NCBI GenBank assembly: GCA_027028245.1
Contig: JALVJO010000050.1
Location: 22,368-86,367, forward strand
Length of the DNA stretch: 64,000 nt
Direction: 5' to 3'
DNA from: Deltaproteobacteria bacterium
GTDB taxonomy: Bacteria; Desulfobacterota; Dissulfuribacteria; Dissulfuribacterales; QOAL01
In this document: positions 21,968-30,852 of the stretch, in pieces
Layout: every line of letters begins with the position of its first letter
Position numbering within the stretch: the stretch's first letter is position 1
Program-made: the position numbers and the translations under genes
Notes under the pieces: model-generated
Database searches by the model: none
What the model was told of the DNA's origin: nothing
Seen by the model: the letters and a program-made list of their open reading frames with translations, nothing else

Positions 21968-22009
21968 AACAAAAAACCCGCATCATGGATTCCTCGGCCA
22001 TGATGCGGG
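21968..22009 (-). terminator. rho-independent terminator after rpmA
   Basis: Perfect 12-bp stem cccgcatcatgg / ccatgatgcggg, followed on the minus strand by tttttt. Confidence 0.7.
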
Positions 22010-22178
22010 ACAACATTATAAATTTCCAGTTATTTTTTGGAGCGCAAGGCCCTTGCGTCACCCCCTGTACAAGCCGTTCACACTCCAGCTTCCTGTCCAG
22101 GCATATGAAGAAACATATTGCTGCAGCTGAAAGAGCTTTTCATGAAATTCAATCTTCGGTAATGAACTTATTGACCGC

Positions 22179-22430
22179 TCAAGCAGGATAAACGCTCACA
22201 AGCTGTTTGTTTCTTCTGGTTTCAAATTTGACTACACCGTCAATCTTGGAAAAAAGGGTGTAATCACGGCCCAGCCCGACATTTTTACCCGGATGAAACC
22301 TGGTTCCCAACTGGCGAACCAGAATATTTCCAGCCCGGACCACCTGGCCTCCGTAACGCTTTATGCCGCGTCTTTGACCCTTGCTGTCCCTGCCGTTTTT
22401 TGAGCTTCCGCCCGCCTTTTTATGAGCCAT
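22179..22430 (-). CDS. rpmA: 50S ribosomal protein L27
   Basis: [29 protein letters not shown].. Confidence 0.95.
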   Translation of the reverse strand: MAHKKAGGSSKNGRDSKGQRRGIKRYGGQVVRAGNILVRQLGTRFHPGKNVGLGRDYTLFSKIDGVVKFETRRNKQLVSVYPA

Positions 22431-22441
22431 GATGAACCTCC

Positions 22442-22753
22442 TTAAACTGCGACTTCCTGGATCTCAATGGTGGAATAGTGCTGGCGATGGCCCCTTTTGA
22501 CCTTATAGCCCTTACGCCGCTTCTTTTTAAACACCACTACCTTCTTGGCCTTACCATGTTCCAGAAGCTTTACCTTTACCGAGGCATTTTCCAGGGTCGG
22601 CTGGCCGACAGAAATGCTTTCACCGTCTATCACCATTAAAACCTCAGAAAGCTCCAATTCACTTCCAGGTTCGGCATCAAGCCGCTCCACTTTAATAATT
22701 TCACCAGGTGCAACCTTGTACTGCTTGCCCCCGGTCTTGATTACAGCCTGCAT
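22442..22753 (-). CDS. rplU: 50S ribosomal protein L21
   Basis: [25 protein letters not shown]... Start set to the ATG at 22753 (RBS GGAGG). The 45-aa extension in the ORF track is not L21-like. Confidence 0.9.
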   Translation of the reverse strand: MQAVIKTGGKQYKVAPGEIIKVERLDAEPGSELELSEVLMVIDGESISVGQPTLENASVKVKLLEHGKAKKVVVFKKKRRKGYKVKRGHRQHYSTIEIQEVAV

Positions 22754-22849
22754 GGCAAATGAACCTCCAGTTTCATAAACTAAGCAAAGAAAACAGCATC
22801 CGCTGGATTTGTCTCGTTTTCTTTTAATCTGATTGATTGACAAGTGCGA

Positions 22850-22878
22850 AAAATACCTGCCAAAAGCCCCACTGTCAA
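22850..22878 (-). promoter_or_regulatory. candidate sigma-70 promoter for rplU-rpmA
   Basis: On the minus strand: TTGACA (22878-22873), 17 nt, TATTTT (22855-22850). Confidence 0.45.
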
Positions 22879-22891
22879 TAGACTGCAAGAC

Positions 22892-22920
22892 AAAAAACCC
22901 GGGGCCTCATTGCCCCGGGT
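22892..22920 (-). terminator. rho-independent terminator after the porin gene
   Basis: Minus strand reads cccggggc-aatga-ggccccggg followed by tttttt. Confidence 0.6.
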
Positions 22921-22952
22921 CCGGTTGCTAAATGACTTTTTGGAACTTTTGT

Positions 22953-24596
22953 TTAGAAGAAGTGCTGATACTGTACCCTGAGCCTGATATCATCCTGGTC
23001 ATCAGGATCCTTGGCCAGTTTTCCTGTAAATCCAAGGGCCTGTGCCTCGGCAGGATCGATGCTGTAGAAGTTCCTGTGGAACCAGCCGACCTCAGCACTG
23101 ATATACTGATTGAAGCCGTGGAGATAGTAGTTGATACCCACACGGGTCTGGTGCATATCCTTTTCAACAGCATAGCCGCCGTCCTCGGACATCTTCACAA
23201 GGCCGAGTCCGCTTGCCAGGGAGTTTTCCAGATTGTTCTGATCAAGCCTCTTGAGATATGCATACTTGATCGTTGCCTCCCACTTCTTCGGAACCAGGAA
23301 GTAACCAAGGTTTACCCTGCCGCCCCAGCGGTCCCAGTTGTAGGAGTACTGGTTGTTCTTGTCAGGTGCCTGCTGGAATTCTTCCCAGCCAGCTTCCAGG
23401 TCTGCGGAAAAGCCCATGTACCTGAACAGAAGTGCAGCATCGCCACCGTAGTTGTTGATATCGTGGGCAAAGGATGTCTTTGCCCCGTATGTGCCACTCT
23501 GTCCATAAGGATCATAAACATTCTTGACCTTGTTCTTCCAGTTGAAAGCGCCGAAGATAAATGCGGCCAGTGGTTTGGTATTGTAAGCGTAATCGCCCTG
23601 GGCGAAATAATGCTTGAAGCCCTTTGATCCCATTGGGCCCTTGGGATCGGAACCAGGCAGGAAGTTGATGCCTATCCTTCCAACATAGAGCATCTGGTCA
23701 TCAAAGTTTGCAGTGCCCCTGGTGTCCCTGCCGTTGTAAACACCTGCCCAGTAAACCAGGAACTGCTTCTGGTTAAACATGTCAATGTCGCCGTTTATGT
23801 TGACGCCCTGGGACCTGTAGAGAAGCATACCGCCAGTGGGGAAGGCAGTGGTCTTGTCCAGGAGATTGCCCACCCTTAGCCTGGCGTTGTAGCCTGGAAT
23901 ATCGTAGGTGCGGTTTCCAAACTGATCCTTGTCCATCTCTGAGTCGCCAGTGAAGATGGTACGGTCTGCGCCGTTCTGGCCAAAACCGCTCTGCCAGTAC
24001 TCAATGGAGTAAGGTATCTTCATACGGCCGAACTGTACCCTGGCAAACTTGTAGTGACGCCAGACTATGAATGCATCGTGGGTGTTAACCTTGCCCTGGG
24101 GTTCCAGCTGGATGTGCATGAAATACTTCCAGTCCTTGTTGGGTGCGTACCCGTCAACGAACAGGCGGAGACGACGCATGGTGAAGGAGCTGAAGTTTTC
24201 GTCTACACCTGAGATGTCATCATCGGTAAACACATAGGTATACCTCATCTGTATACCTGCCCTGAGCCTCATGAGGTACTCGTTGGTGCTCTTGGGGTCC
24301 TTGTACTTGATCCTGAAGCCGTTTTTCCACTGTACGGAAAAGTTGGAACGATCCTTTTTCCATTTTTCCAGGTCGGAAAGCTTCTGTTCCAGCGCGGCGG
24401 TGTCCGGACAGGGGGCCTTCTTGGCCTCCAGCTGCTTAATCCGCTGCGTAAGCATCCTGACCTGAGCCTTCAGGTCCTGGAGTTCCTGGTTGGGTGAAAC
24501 GCCGCCAGCATAGGCAGACAGACACCCTGCACACAGAAAAACCATGGCCACAGCAAAACCCAAAAAACTCTTTTTAGCCAAACGCGGTTTCTGCAT
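22953..24596 (-). CDS. outer-membrane porin, phosphate-selective porin O/P-like (putative)
   Basis: Signal peptide, N-terminal coiled coil (..QELQDLKAQVRMLTQRIKQLEAKK..), long beta-barrel, C-terminus ..RVQYQHFF. Confidence 0.6.
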   Translation of the reverse strand: MQKPRLAKKSFLGFAVAMVFLCAGCLSAYAGGVSPNQELQDLKAQVRMLTQRIKQLEAKKAPCPDTAALEQKLSDLEKWKKDRSNFSVQWKNGFRIKYKDPKSTNEYLMRLRAGIQMRYTYVFTDDDISGVDENFSSFTMRRLRLFVDGYAPNKDWKYFMHIQLEPQGKVNTHDAFIVWRHYKFARVQFGRMKIPYSIEYWQSGFGQNGADRTIFTGDSEMDKDQFGNRTYDIPGYNARLRVGNLLDKTTAFPTGGMLLYRSQGVNINGDIDMFNQKQFLVYWAGVYNGRDTRGTANFDDQMLYVGRIGINFLPGSDPKGPMGSKGFKHYFAQGDYAYNTKPLAAFIFGAFNWKNKVKNVYDPYGQSGTYGAKTSFAHDINNYGGDAALLFRYMGFSADLEAGWEEFQQAPDKNNQYSYNWDRWGGRVNLGYFLVPKKWEATIKYAYLKRLDQNNLENSLASGLGLVKMSEDGGYAVEKDMHQTRVGINYYLHGFNQYISAEVGWFHRNFYSIDPAEAQALGFTGKLAKDPDDQDDIRLRVQYQHFF

Positions 24597-24743
24597 AATC
24601 CCTCCTTTGTTCGTTTTTTAGCAACCTCCTGATAATCCTGCTAAAATTCTTTAAACTACCGGTTCTTTTTTTTGTCAAGGCATTTCAGGGCTTGTGAAAA
24701 ATATTTTTTTATTACATTATTCCATTTTTCTCAAGAAAAAGGC

Positions 24744-26162
24744 CTATTTGGCCGGAATCCCGCCCCTGGGGATTACTTCTTTAATGGGCAGGATGAAATA
24801 AAAATTGTTGCCAAGGGGCACGGGCTCGTAACCAACCACTCCCCCGTGGACCTCGATGACCTTTTTTACAAAGTGCAGGCCGTGTCCCGTGCCTGGTTTT
24901 TTCGAAGTAGAGGTTGCCCTGAACCCTTCATCAAATATGTGTTCAGCCTCTTCCGGCGGTATGTGCGGGCCTGTTGTAAATACATTGAACTTCACCCCGT
25001 CCTGACCGGGACCGAAATAGTCAGGGATGATCTCCCTGCCGTAGGCCAGGTATTTAAGTTTTCTGCCGGATTCATCCGTGACTTCCTGGCAGTACTTTTC
25101 CGCATTGGAAAAAAGATTTGCATAGACCTGGGATATGAGGCCTATGTCTACAGCCAGGGGCATATCCTCATCAGGGACCCCTCCAAGCTGGTTGTCTATC
25201 TCTATGCCGCGGCGCTGCAACCTCTCCCTGTACCTTTCTATCTGGGGTTCGATTACCTCCTTGCGGAAGTTGCACATTCTGCGCCTCAGGACCAGTTCTC
25301 CCTTCTGAAAATGTTCCCTCCTGAGAAGGCTCTCCAGGAAAAGACTGGTATTCTGAAAATGTTTTTCGATGTCCTTGTAACATTCAGACAGTTCCTTGAT
25401 GGTCTTTTCCAGCTGCCGAGCAGATTCCTCGGCGCTCCTGATCCTGGGACAGTTGCATTTTTTCGCTTCTTCCAGGTGTTGATCAAGGCTAGAGGATATG
25501 TGGGACAGATGCCGAATCTTTCCTTTTATGACATTCAGAAACACCTTGTACTTGATGTTGGGCACGATGACGTTGTGTTCTATGTCTTCCACCAGGGTGT
25601 TAATGAATTTAATGTGTTCCTCGTTCTGCCTGGCAAGAAGCTTGTAATGCAGGTTGTAGCCGATCCTGTTGGCATATTTCTCAAAAAAGAGCTTATCCTT
25701 GGCCACCAGCAGGGCCTTGGGAAAGACCTCAAACATCCCGATGATGTCCTTGGCATTTGCCAGATTCCTGGCAGCCAGAAGTCTCTTGTTCCCACGAATA
25801 GGAGCAAAGAAAGAATCGCCCTTTTCGTAGGGTTCTGACGAAAGCACAACACCTTCCGGGGGGTCCATGCCGCAGACTCCGAAGGCATTGAGAGAATCAC
25901 ACGCCCTTTTCAACTTGCCCGATTCGAAATCCAGAAGGTACAGACAGGTATCAAAATCCATGAATACCTTTGGAACAAATACGGCCACCCTGTAAAAATT
26001 TTCCAGTGTTTCGTATTCCTGTGCAAGGTCAAAAAAGGCCCTGAGGGTTCTGCCCTGAATGGACGTAAAATCGTATCTGTCGTAGTCTTCCTTTTTTTTC
26101 CGTATCCTTGAAAGGACAGTGGCAAGTTCCGGGGGATCAGGCTGCACACAGTATATGCTCAT
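24744..26162 (-). CDS. sensor histidine kinase, soluble (no TM segment seen), orphan
   Basis: C-terminal HATPase_c: N-box ..VYANLFSNAEKY.., G-boxes ..FDEGFRATS..PGTGHGLHFVKKVIEVHGG... Candidate H-box ..VEDIEHNVIVP... No response regulator adjacent. Confidence 0.75.
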   Translation of the reverse strand: MSIYCVQPDPPELATVLSRIRKKKEDYDRYDFTSIQGRTLRAFFDLAQEYETLENFYRVAVFVPKVFMDFDTCLYLLDFESGKLKRACDSLNAFGVCGMDPPEGVVLSSEPYEKGDSFFAPIRGNKRLLAARNLANAKDIIGMFEVFPKALLVAKDKLFFEKYANRIGYNLHYKLLARQNEEHIKFINTLVEDIEHNVIVPNIKYKVFLNVIKGKIRHLSHISSSLDQHLEEAKKCNCPRIRSAEESARQLEKTIKELSECYKDIEKHFQNTSLFLESLLRREHFQKGELVLRRRMCNFRKEVIEPQIERYRERLQRRGIEIDNQLGGVPDEDMPLAVDIGLISQVYANLFSNAEKYCQEVTDESGRKLKYLAYGREIIPDYFGPGQDGVKFNVFTTGPHIPPEEAEHIFDEGFRATSTSKKPGTGHGLHFVKKVIEVHGGVVGYEPVPLGNNFYFILPIKEVIPRGGIPAK

Positions 26163-26214
26163 AATCTTTGATTTTAGCAGGAAAATGCCCTATATGCCAT
26201 ACCAGCCTGTACTT

Positions 26215-26345
26215 AATAAGTCTGTGCAAATTCTCATGCATCTGCTTGCAGGGTGCTGCAGATACATGGCGAAAGACACGTAGAGGTACAACGCCTACTT
26301 CAAGCGTCTGATTCCGCGAGATCCGGTACCCTGTGAGCGGATACA
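26215..26345. repeat. copy B of the ~131-nt hairpin-forming intergenic repeat
   Basis: See copy A. Lies between the cobA/hemD stop (26366) and the histidine-kinase start (26162). Confidence 0.6.
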
Positions 26346-26365
26346 CCAGGCTTACCCGGCATTGA

Positions 26366-27895
26366 TCATCCCTGGACAAAGCTGTATTCCACAGCATCCA
26401 CCAGGGCCGGAACAGTTGATTCATCTGGCACAATGTCCACGTGCAGCCCCATATTTTCAGCAGTCTTGGCAGTAACTGGACCTATGCATGCCACCTTGGC
26501 TGTGGAACGTATCCTTTCGATCACGTCTGCAGGCACGGTTTTAAAGAAATTTTTGACAGTGGATGAGCTGGTAAAGGTTATGACGTCTATGTTTTCCTCC
26601 TCCAGGAGCTCCAGGGTCTGGGGCGCTATCTCTGGAGGTATTGTTTCGTATAGAGGCGCTATGGTAACCTGGGCACCGAGCTCCCTGAGAGCGTCCGGCA
26701 GAACCTTTCTTGCCACCACCGCCCTGGGTATCAGGACCTTTCGGCCCTGCATGTCCTGGCCTTTAAAAAATTCCACCAGACCTTCAGCCCTGAAATCATC
26801 GGGAACCGCATCCACCCTCAGGTGGAGCTTCCGGATGGCATCTGCCGTGCTTGAACCCACTGCGGCAATCTTTGTCTTTCCAAGGACCCTGATATCCAGG
26901 CCCAGCTGATCTATGCGCGCAAAGAAGAATTTCACTGCATTGGTGCTGCTGAATATTATCCAGTCGAAAACAGCCATGCCTTCTATGGCCCTGTCCACCA
27001 CCCCGGTGTCCTTGACCATCCGGACCTCAATGGTGGGACATTCTATGCATCCTGCTCCCTTTCGCTCAAGGAGCTGCACCAGATGGCTTGCCTGCTGCCT
27101 GGTACGGGTTACCAGGACCTTTTTACCCAGCAGGGGCTGGCGCTCGAACCAATTTATGTCGTCCCGCACCGCGCAGACCTCGCCTACAACGATTATGGCA
27201 GGGGGCTTGAATGCGTGTTTCTCGACCTTCTCGGCGATGTTTTCCAGGGTGCCCACTATGGACTCCTGAAGCGGGGTGGTTCCCCAGCGTATGACTGCTG
27301 CAGGAGTATCAGGGCTTCTGCCAAATTTAATGAGGTTTTCTGTAATATTCGGCAGATTTGACATGCCCATGAGGAAGACCAGGGTACCGACACCCTTGGC
27401 AAGCCCCTCCCAGTCTACCGGGGCCTCGCTGGTATCAAATCGCCTGTGCCCTGTAATAAAGGCCACGGAGGCGGTAAAAGAACGATGGGTCAGGGGGATG
27501 CCTGCATAGGCCGGAACGGCAATGGCTGAGGTCACACCGGGAACTATTTCAAAGGGGATACCCTTTCTGGCAAGAATCTGGGCCTCCTCGCCGCCTCTGC
27601 CAAAGATAAAAGGATCTCCGCCCTTCAGACGCACCACCTTTTTACCTTCCCCGGCCTTCTGGACAATAAGGTCGTTTATCTCCTGCTGGTTGGCCACATG
27701 CCTGCCTATCCGCTTGCCCACATAGATCTTTTCAGCCCCTGGATTTACAAATTCCATTATCCTGGGGTTTGCCAGCCTGTCGTAAATAACAACATCGGCC
27801 CTGGAAAGAAGTTCCCTGCCCCTGAGGGTGAGAAGGCCGGGATCTCCCGGCCCGGCCCCCACGAGATAGACCTTACCGGCCCTTTCAGACTTCAT
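26366..27895 (-). CDS. cobA: bifunctional uroporphyrinogen-III C-methyltransferase / uroporphyrinogen-III synthase
   Basis: N-terminal ..VYLVGAGPGDPGLLTLRG..VIYDRL.. (SUMT) plus a C-terminal HemD-like half; 509 aa. Confidence 0.9.
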   Translation of the reverse strand: MKSERAGKVYLVGAGPGDPGLLTLRGRELLSRADVVIYDRLANPRIMEFVNPGAEKIYVGKRIGRHVANQQEINDLIVQKAGEGKKVVRLKGGDPFIFGRGGEEAQILARKGIPFEIVPGVTSAIAVPAYAGIPLTHRSFTASVAFITGHRRFDTSEAPVDWEGLAKGVGTLVFLMGMSNLPNITENLIKFGRSPDTPAAVIRWGTTPLQESIVGTLENIAEKVEKHAFKPPAIIVVGEVCAVRDDINWFERQPLLGKKVLVTRTRQQASHLVQLLERKGAGCIECPTIEVRMVKDTGVVDRAIEGMAVFDWIIFSSTNAVKFFFARIDQLGLDIRVLGKTKIAAVGSSTADAIRKLHLRVDAVPDDFRAEGLVEFFKGQDMQGRKVLIPRAVVARKVLPDALRELGAQVTIAPLYETIPPEIAPQTLELLEEENIDVITFTSSSTVKNFFKTVPADVIERIRSTAKVACIGPVTAKTAENMGLHVDIVPDESTVPALVDAVEYSFVQG

Positions 27896-28817
27896 TGTAA
27901 ACTTCCTCTAAAATCTCTCGCCCGCCGGCCTCAAGTATCATCTCTCCTAGCCTCGATCCCATCTGCCTGCCTTCTCCAGGCTTTCCCTTTAGGCGCTTTT
28001 TGATGACTCTCTCCCCTTTTTCATCGGCCACAAGCCCTGTAACTGAAAGGGTTCCTTCAGAAGAAAGCTCTGCCAGCGCACCAATTGGAACCTGGCATCC
28101 GCCTTCCAGCCTTTCAAGAAAGGCCCTCTCGCAGTTTACACACACAGCAGTATCTTCATGGTGCAGGGACGAAAGTATTTCTCTCGTCTCCTCATCCGAA
28201 CTCCGAAATTCTATACCCAGACACCCCTGCCCAATGGCCGGGAGCATCTCTTCTACTGGGATGAAGGATGAGATCCTTTGGGCAAGCCCAAGCCTCTTGA
28301 GACCTGCGCAGGCCAGTATTATGGCGTCAAAATCACCCTGGTCCAGCTTTTTAAGGCGTGTATCCAGGTTGCCCCGGAGGGATTCTATCCTGAGATCCGG
28401 ACGCAGCCTCTTTAGTTGTGCCATGCGTCTCAGGCTGCTGGTGCCGACAGCTGCTCCCTGTGGCAGATCATGGACAGCAGCATACCTGTTGCTGATAAAG
28501 GCGTCCCTGAAATCTTCCCTTTTTGGAAAGATGGAAACCTCCAGCCCGCTGGGTATTTCCGTCGGCACGTCCTTCAGGCTGTGGACGGCCATGTCCGCCC
28601 TGCCGTCCAGCATGGCCTCTTCGATCTCCTTGACAAAAAGACCCTTGCCGCCGACCTTTGCCAAGGGCACATCGAGGATCTTGTCTCCTTTTGTGGTTAC
28701 TTCCAGGAGCCTTACAGAAACGCCAGGCCAGGCGTCCTGGATGCGAGATTTCACCCAGCGGCTCTGGGCCAGGGCAAGCTTGCTTTTCCTGGTGGCAAGT
28801 ACAAGTTCCTTTTTCAT
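27885..28817 (-). CDS. hemC: hydroxymethylbilane synthase (porphobilinogen deaminase)
   Basis: ..LATRKSKLALAQS.., ..TKGDKILD.., ..RGNLDTRLKKL.., ..CLGIEFR.. Confidence 0.95.
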   Translation of the reverse strand: MKKELVLATRKSKLALAQSRWVKSRIQDAWPGVSVRLLEVTTKGDKILDVPLAKVGGKGLFVKEIEEAMLDGRADMAVHSLKDVPTEIPSGLEVSIFPKREDFRDAFISNRYAAVHDLPQGAAVGTSSLRRMAQLKRLRPDLRIESLRGNLDTRLKKLDQGDFDAIILACAGLKRLGLAQRISSFIPVEEMLPAIGQGCLGIEFRSSDEETREILSSLHHEDTAVCVNCERAFLERLEGGCQVPIGALAELSSEGTLSVTGLVADEKGERVIKKRLKGKPGEGRQMGSRLGEMILEAGGREILEEVYNEV

Positions 28818-28826
28818 AAAAAGGCT

Positions 28827-29057
28827 CTATCCTCCACAGGAGCTGCAGTTTGTACTGGTGCATCCCGCGCACCCGCCGGAGGAAGCCTTCTTGCCCGTTC
28901 CCACAAACTTGTCCCCTGACTTCATGGCAAATGCAGACATCTTCTTTGTTGTGTCACCCGAACCGCAGCTGCGGCACTTTATTACCTCGTCACTGGAAAA
29001 TACCAGCTGCTCGAATTCCTCTCCGCAGGCATTGCACACGTATTCATATATTGGCAT
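28827..29057 (-). CDS. FmdB-family zinc-ribbon protein
   Basis: MPIYEYVCNACGEEFEQLV..CRSCGS.., Cys/Gly-rich tail. Confidence 0.8.
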   Translation of the reverse strand: MPIYEYVCNACGEEFEQLVFSSDEVIKCRSCGSGDTTKKMSAFAMKSGDKFVGTGKKASSGGCAGCTSTNCSSCGG

Positions 29058-29104
29058 TTTCTTTTACCTCCACGCTGAATTGAGACAGGCACCAAAACAG
29101 ACCA

Positions 29105-30064
29105 TCAATCAGAAGCCGCCAACTCTTCCAGAACAGCAGAGACCAGAAGAGGAATCATGATTTCATGGTGCCCGGTAATACTGTAGCCTTTTCCGCCTTC
29201 CAAGGTAGGCCTGTTGACCACGTTGGTCAAGGGGCGGTATTGACGAATGAAATCCAGATCGACCGTAGTCAGCCTTGTCACTTGGTGACCAAGGTTCCTG
29301 ACAGCGGTCAGGGCCTTGAGAAAGACTTCCGGCAGCAGCACCGCCGACCCTGCATTGAAATATACACCATCCTGCAGACCTGCAACAAGTGAGCAGAACA
29401 ACCGGAAATCATGAAAAGAGGCCTTTCCTATGGCAGCTCCGTCAGCAGCCGGATGAATATGAATGATGTCCGTACCCACGGCAACATGAACCGTGACCGG
29501 GATCTCCAGCCTTGCAGCAGAAGCCAGCAGGCTCTTATCATTATGAGGAAAACCCTCTTCAATGAGCATTCGGCCCACGGCCTGTCCCAGTCCCTGATCC
29601 TTTTCAGAAGCCTTTCTGATGGCACCGTTCAGGAATTCTCCAGTTTCCCTAGCAGCCCCGAATGCCCCGGAACCGAGTACAGCTGAGACATCCTCAGAAG
29701 TCTTTCCTGCCATTGCAATCTCTGAATCATGGATGATCCCCGCTCCGTTCATAGCCAGGGCGGAGATAAGTCCTCTATCCATAAGATCTATCAATATAGG
29801 ATTGAGGCCTACCTTTATCACATGGGCACCCATGGCAAAAACCATCAGTTTTCCAGACCTGAATGCCTTTGCCCAGGCCTCTGAAACCTCCATGAGCTCC
29901 TTTGCAGCAAGCTGGGACGGAAGACGGGAGAAAAACTCCTTCATGGAGATGCCGGGGGCCATGGGATGGGAAAAGTCCCTGACAGTCACCTTGCTGGGCC
30001 TGTCATAGAGGGAATAGGTGTTTAATTTTTCGAAGGAAAATGGTTCAGGATAGCTCATTTTCAA
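29105..30064 (-). CDS. deoxyhypusine synthase-like family protein (function uncertain)
   Basis: My comparison with eukaryotic DHS is from memory. The blocks ..AMGAHVIKVGLNPILIDLMDRGLISALAMNGAGIIHDSEIA.., ..EIPVTVHVAVGTDIIHIHP.., ..IMIPLLVSAV.. parallel the DHS blocks. Not verified by search. Confidence 0.45.
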   Translation of the reverse strand: MKMSYPEPFSFEKLNTYSLYDRPSKVTVRDFSHPMAPGISMKEFFSRLPSQLAAKELMEVSEAWAKAFRSGKLMVFAMGAHVIKVGLNPILIDLMDRGLISALAMNGAGIIHDSEIAMAGKTSEDVSAVLGSGAFGAARETGEFLNGAIRKASEKDQGLGQAVGRMLIEEGFPHNDKSLLASAARLEIPVTVHVAVGTDIIHIHPAADGAAIGKASFHDFRLFCSLVAGLQDGVYFNAGSAVLLPEVFLKALTAVRNLGHQVTRLTTVDLDFIRQYRPLTNVVNRPTLEGGKGYSITGHHEIMIPLLVSAVLEELAASD

Positions 30065-30626
30065 AAATTATCCTTTCTGCCATGTCGCATATAACATGTC
30101 CCAGGAAGATATGTACTTCCTGGATGCGGGGCGTGTCCTTCGAGCGGACCTTCACCAGGTAATCACATATCCCTGACATGTCTCTGGCCTCCATACCTGT
30201 AAATCCAACTGCAACCAAGCCCTTTCTGCCTGCAGCCTCAAGGGCTCTGACAACATTTTCGGAAGTACCGCTGGTGGAGATGCCAATGAGGACGTCGCCG
30301 GTTTTTCCCAGGGCAGCAACCTGTTTTTCAAACACCTGGGCAAACGAATAATCATTGGCAATGGATGTCAGGACCGAAGTATCGGTGGTAAGGGCAACTG
30401 CAGGAAGAGGCCTTCTTTCCATGCGGAAACGGTTGACAAATTCTGCTGCCAGGTGTTGACAATCTGCAGCTGAACCGCCGTTTCCGCAAAGAAGAAGCTT
30501 TCCTCCAGCCTTAAGGGCCCCGGCTATCTCCAGTGCAATCTCCCGGATAATCTGTCCATGATTGATGACCGTATCTTTCAAGATCTGAACAAGATCTTCC
30601 TGGTATTTGTTTAAAAGGTCTTTCAT
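30045..30626 (-). CDS. gmhA: SIS-domain protein, phosphoheptose isomerase (GmhA)-like
   Basis: ..LLCGNGGSAADCQHLAAEF.., ..GDVLIGISTSG... 20-nt overlap with the downstream gene. Confidence 0.75.
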   Translation of the reverse strand: MKDLLNKYQEDLVQILKDTVINHGQIIREIALEIAGALKAGGKLLLCGNGGSAADCQHLAAEFVNRFRMERRPLPAVALTTDTSVLTSIANDYSFAQVFEKQVAALGKTGDVLIGISTSGTSENVVRALEAAGRKGLVAVGFTGMEARDMSGICDYLVKVRSKDTPRIQEVHIFLGHVICDMAERIIFENELS

Positions 30627-30802
30627 GGCCTCAATTAAACCAAAAACGAGAAAGGTTAGCCACTATTTCCCTGTATCTTGAACCGGGCAGTTAATGCCCA
30701 TATCTGGGAAAAGTGTTCCCTGCCATCTCAGCCTATTTATCATTCCACAGGCTTTTGAGCCTAAAAACGGGCGGTTTTGTAAAAATCTGCCCCTTTAGTG
30801 CC

Positions 30803-30818
30803 GGGCATGTTTATTGCG
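30803..30818 (+). promoter_or_regulatory. candidate sigma-54 promoter for fliK-flgD-flgE
   Basis: gGGCAT-gttta-TTGCg. GG at 30804-05 and GC at 30816-17 (12-nt register), 35 nt upstream of the ATG at 30853. Confidence 0.35.
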
Positions 30819-30852
30819 TTTTCATGCATAAAAAAATTTCAAGGGGAAAATC

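Noticed and set aside
24672-25838. 388-aa plus-strand ORF opposite the histidine-kinase gene.
   Set aside because: It lies entirely antisense to a motif-bearing kinase gene. It is F/L/V/G-rich with no recognisable domain, and no SD precedes its start. This is typical of a shadow ORF.
28000-29160. 386-aa plus-strand ORF opposite hemC and the FmdB gene.
   Set aside because: It is an S/P-rich shadow ORF antisense to two well-supported genes. It has no motifs or RBS.
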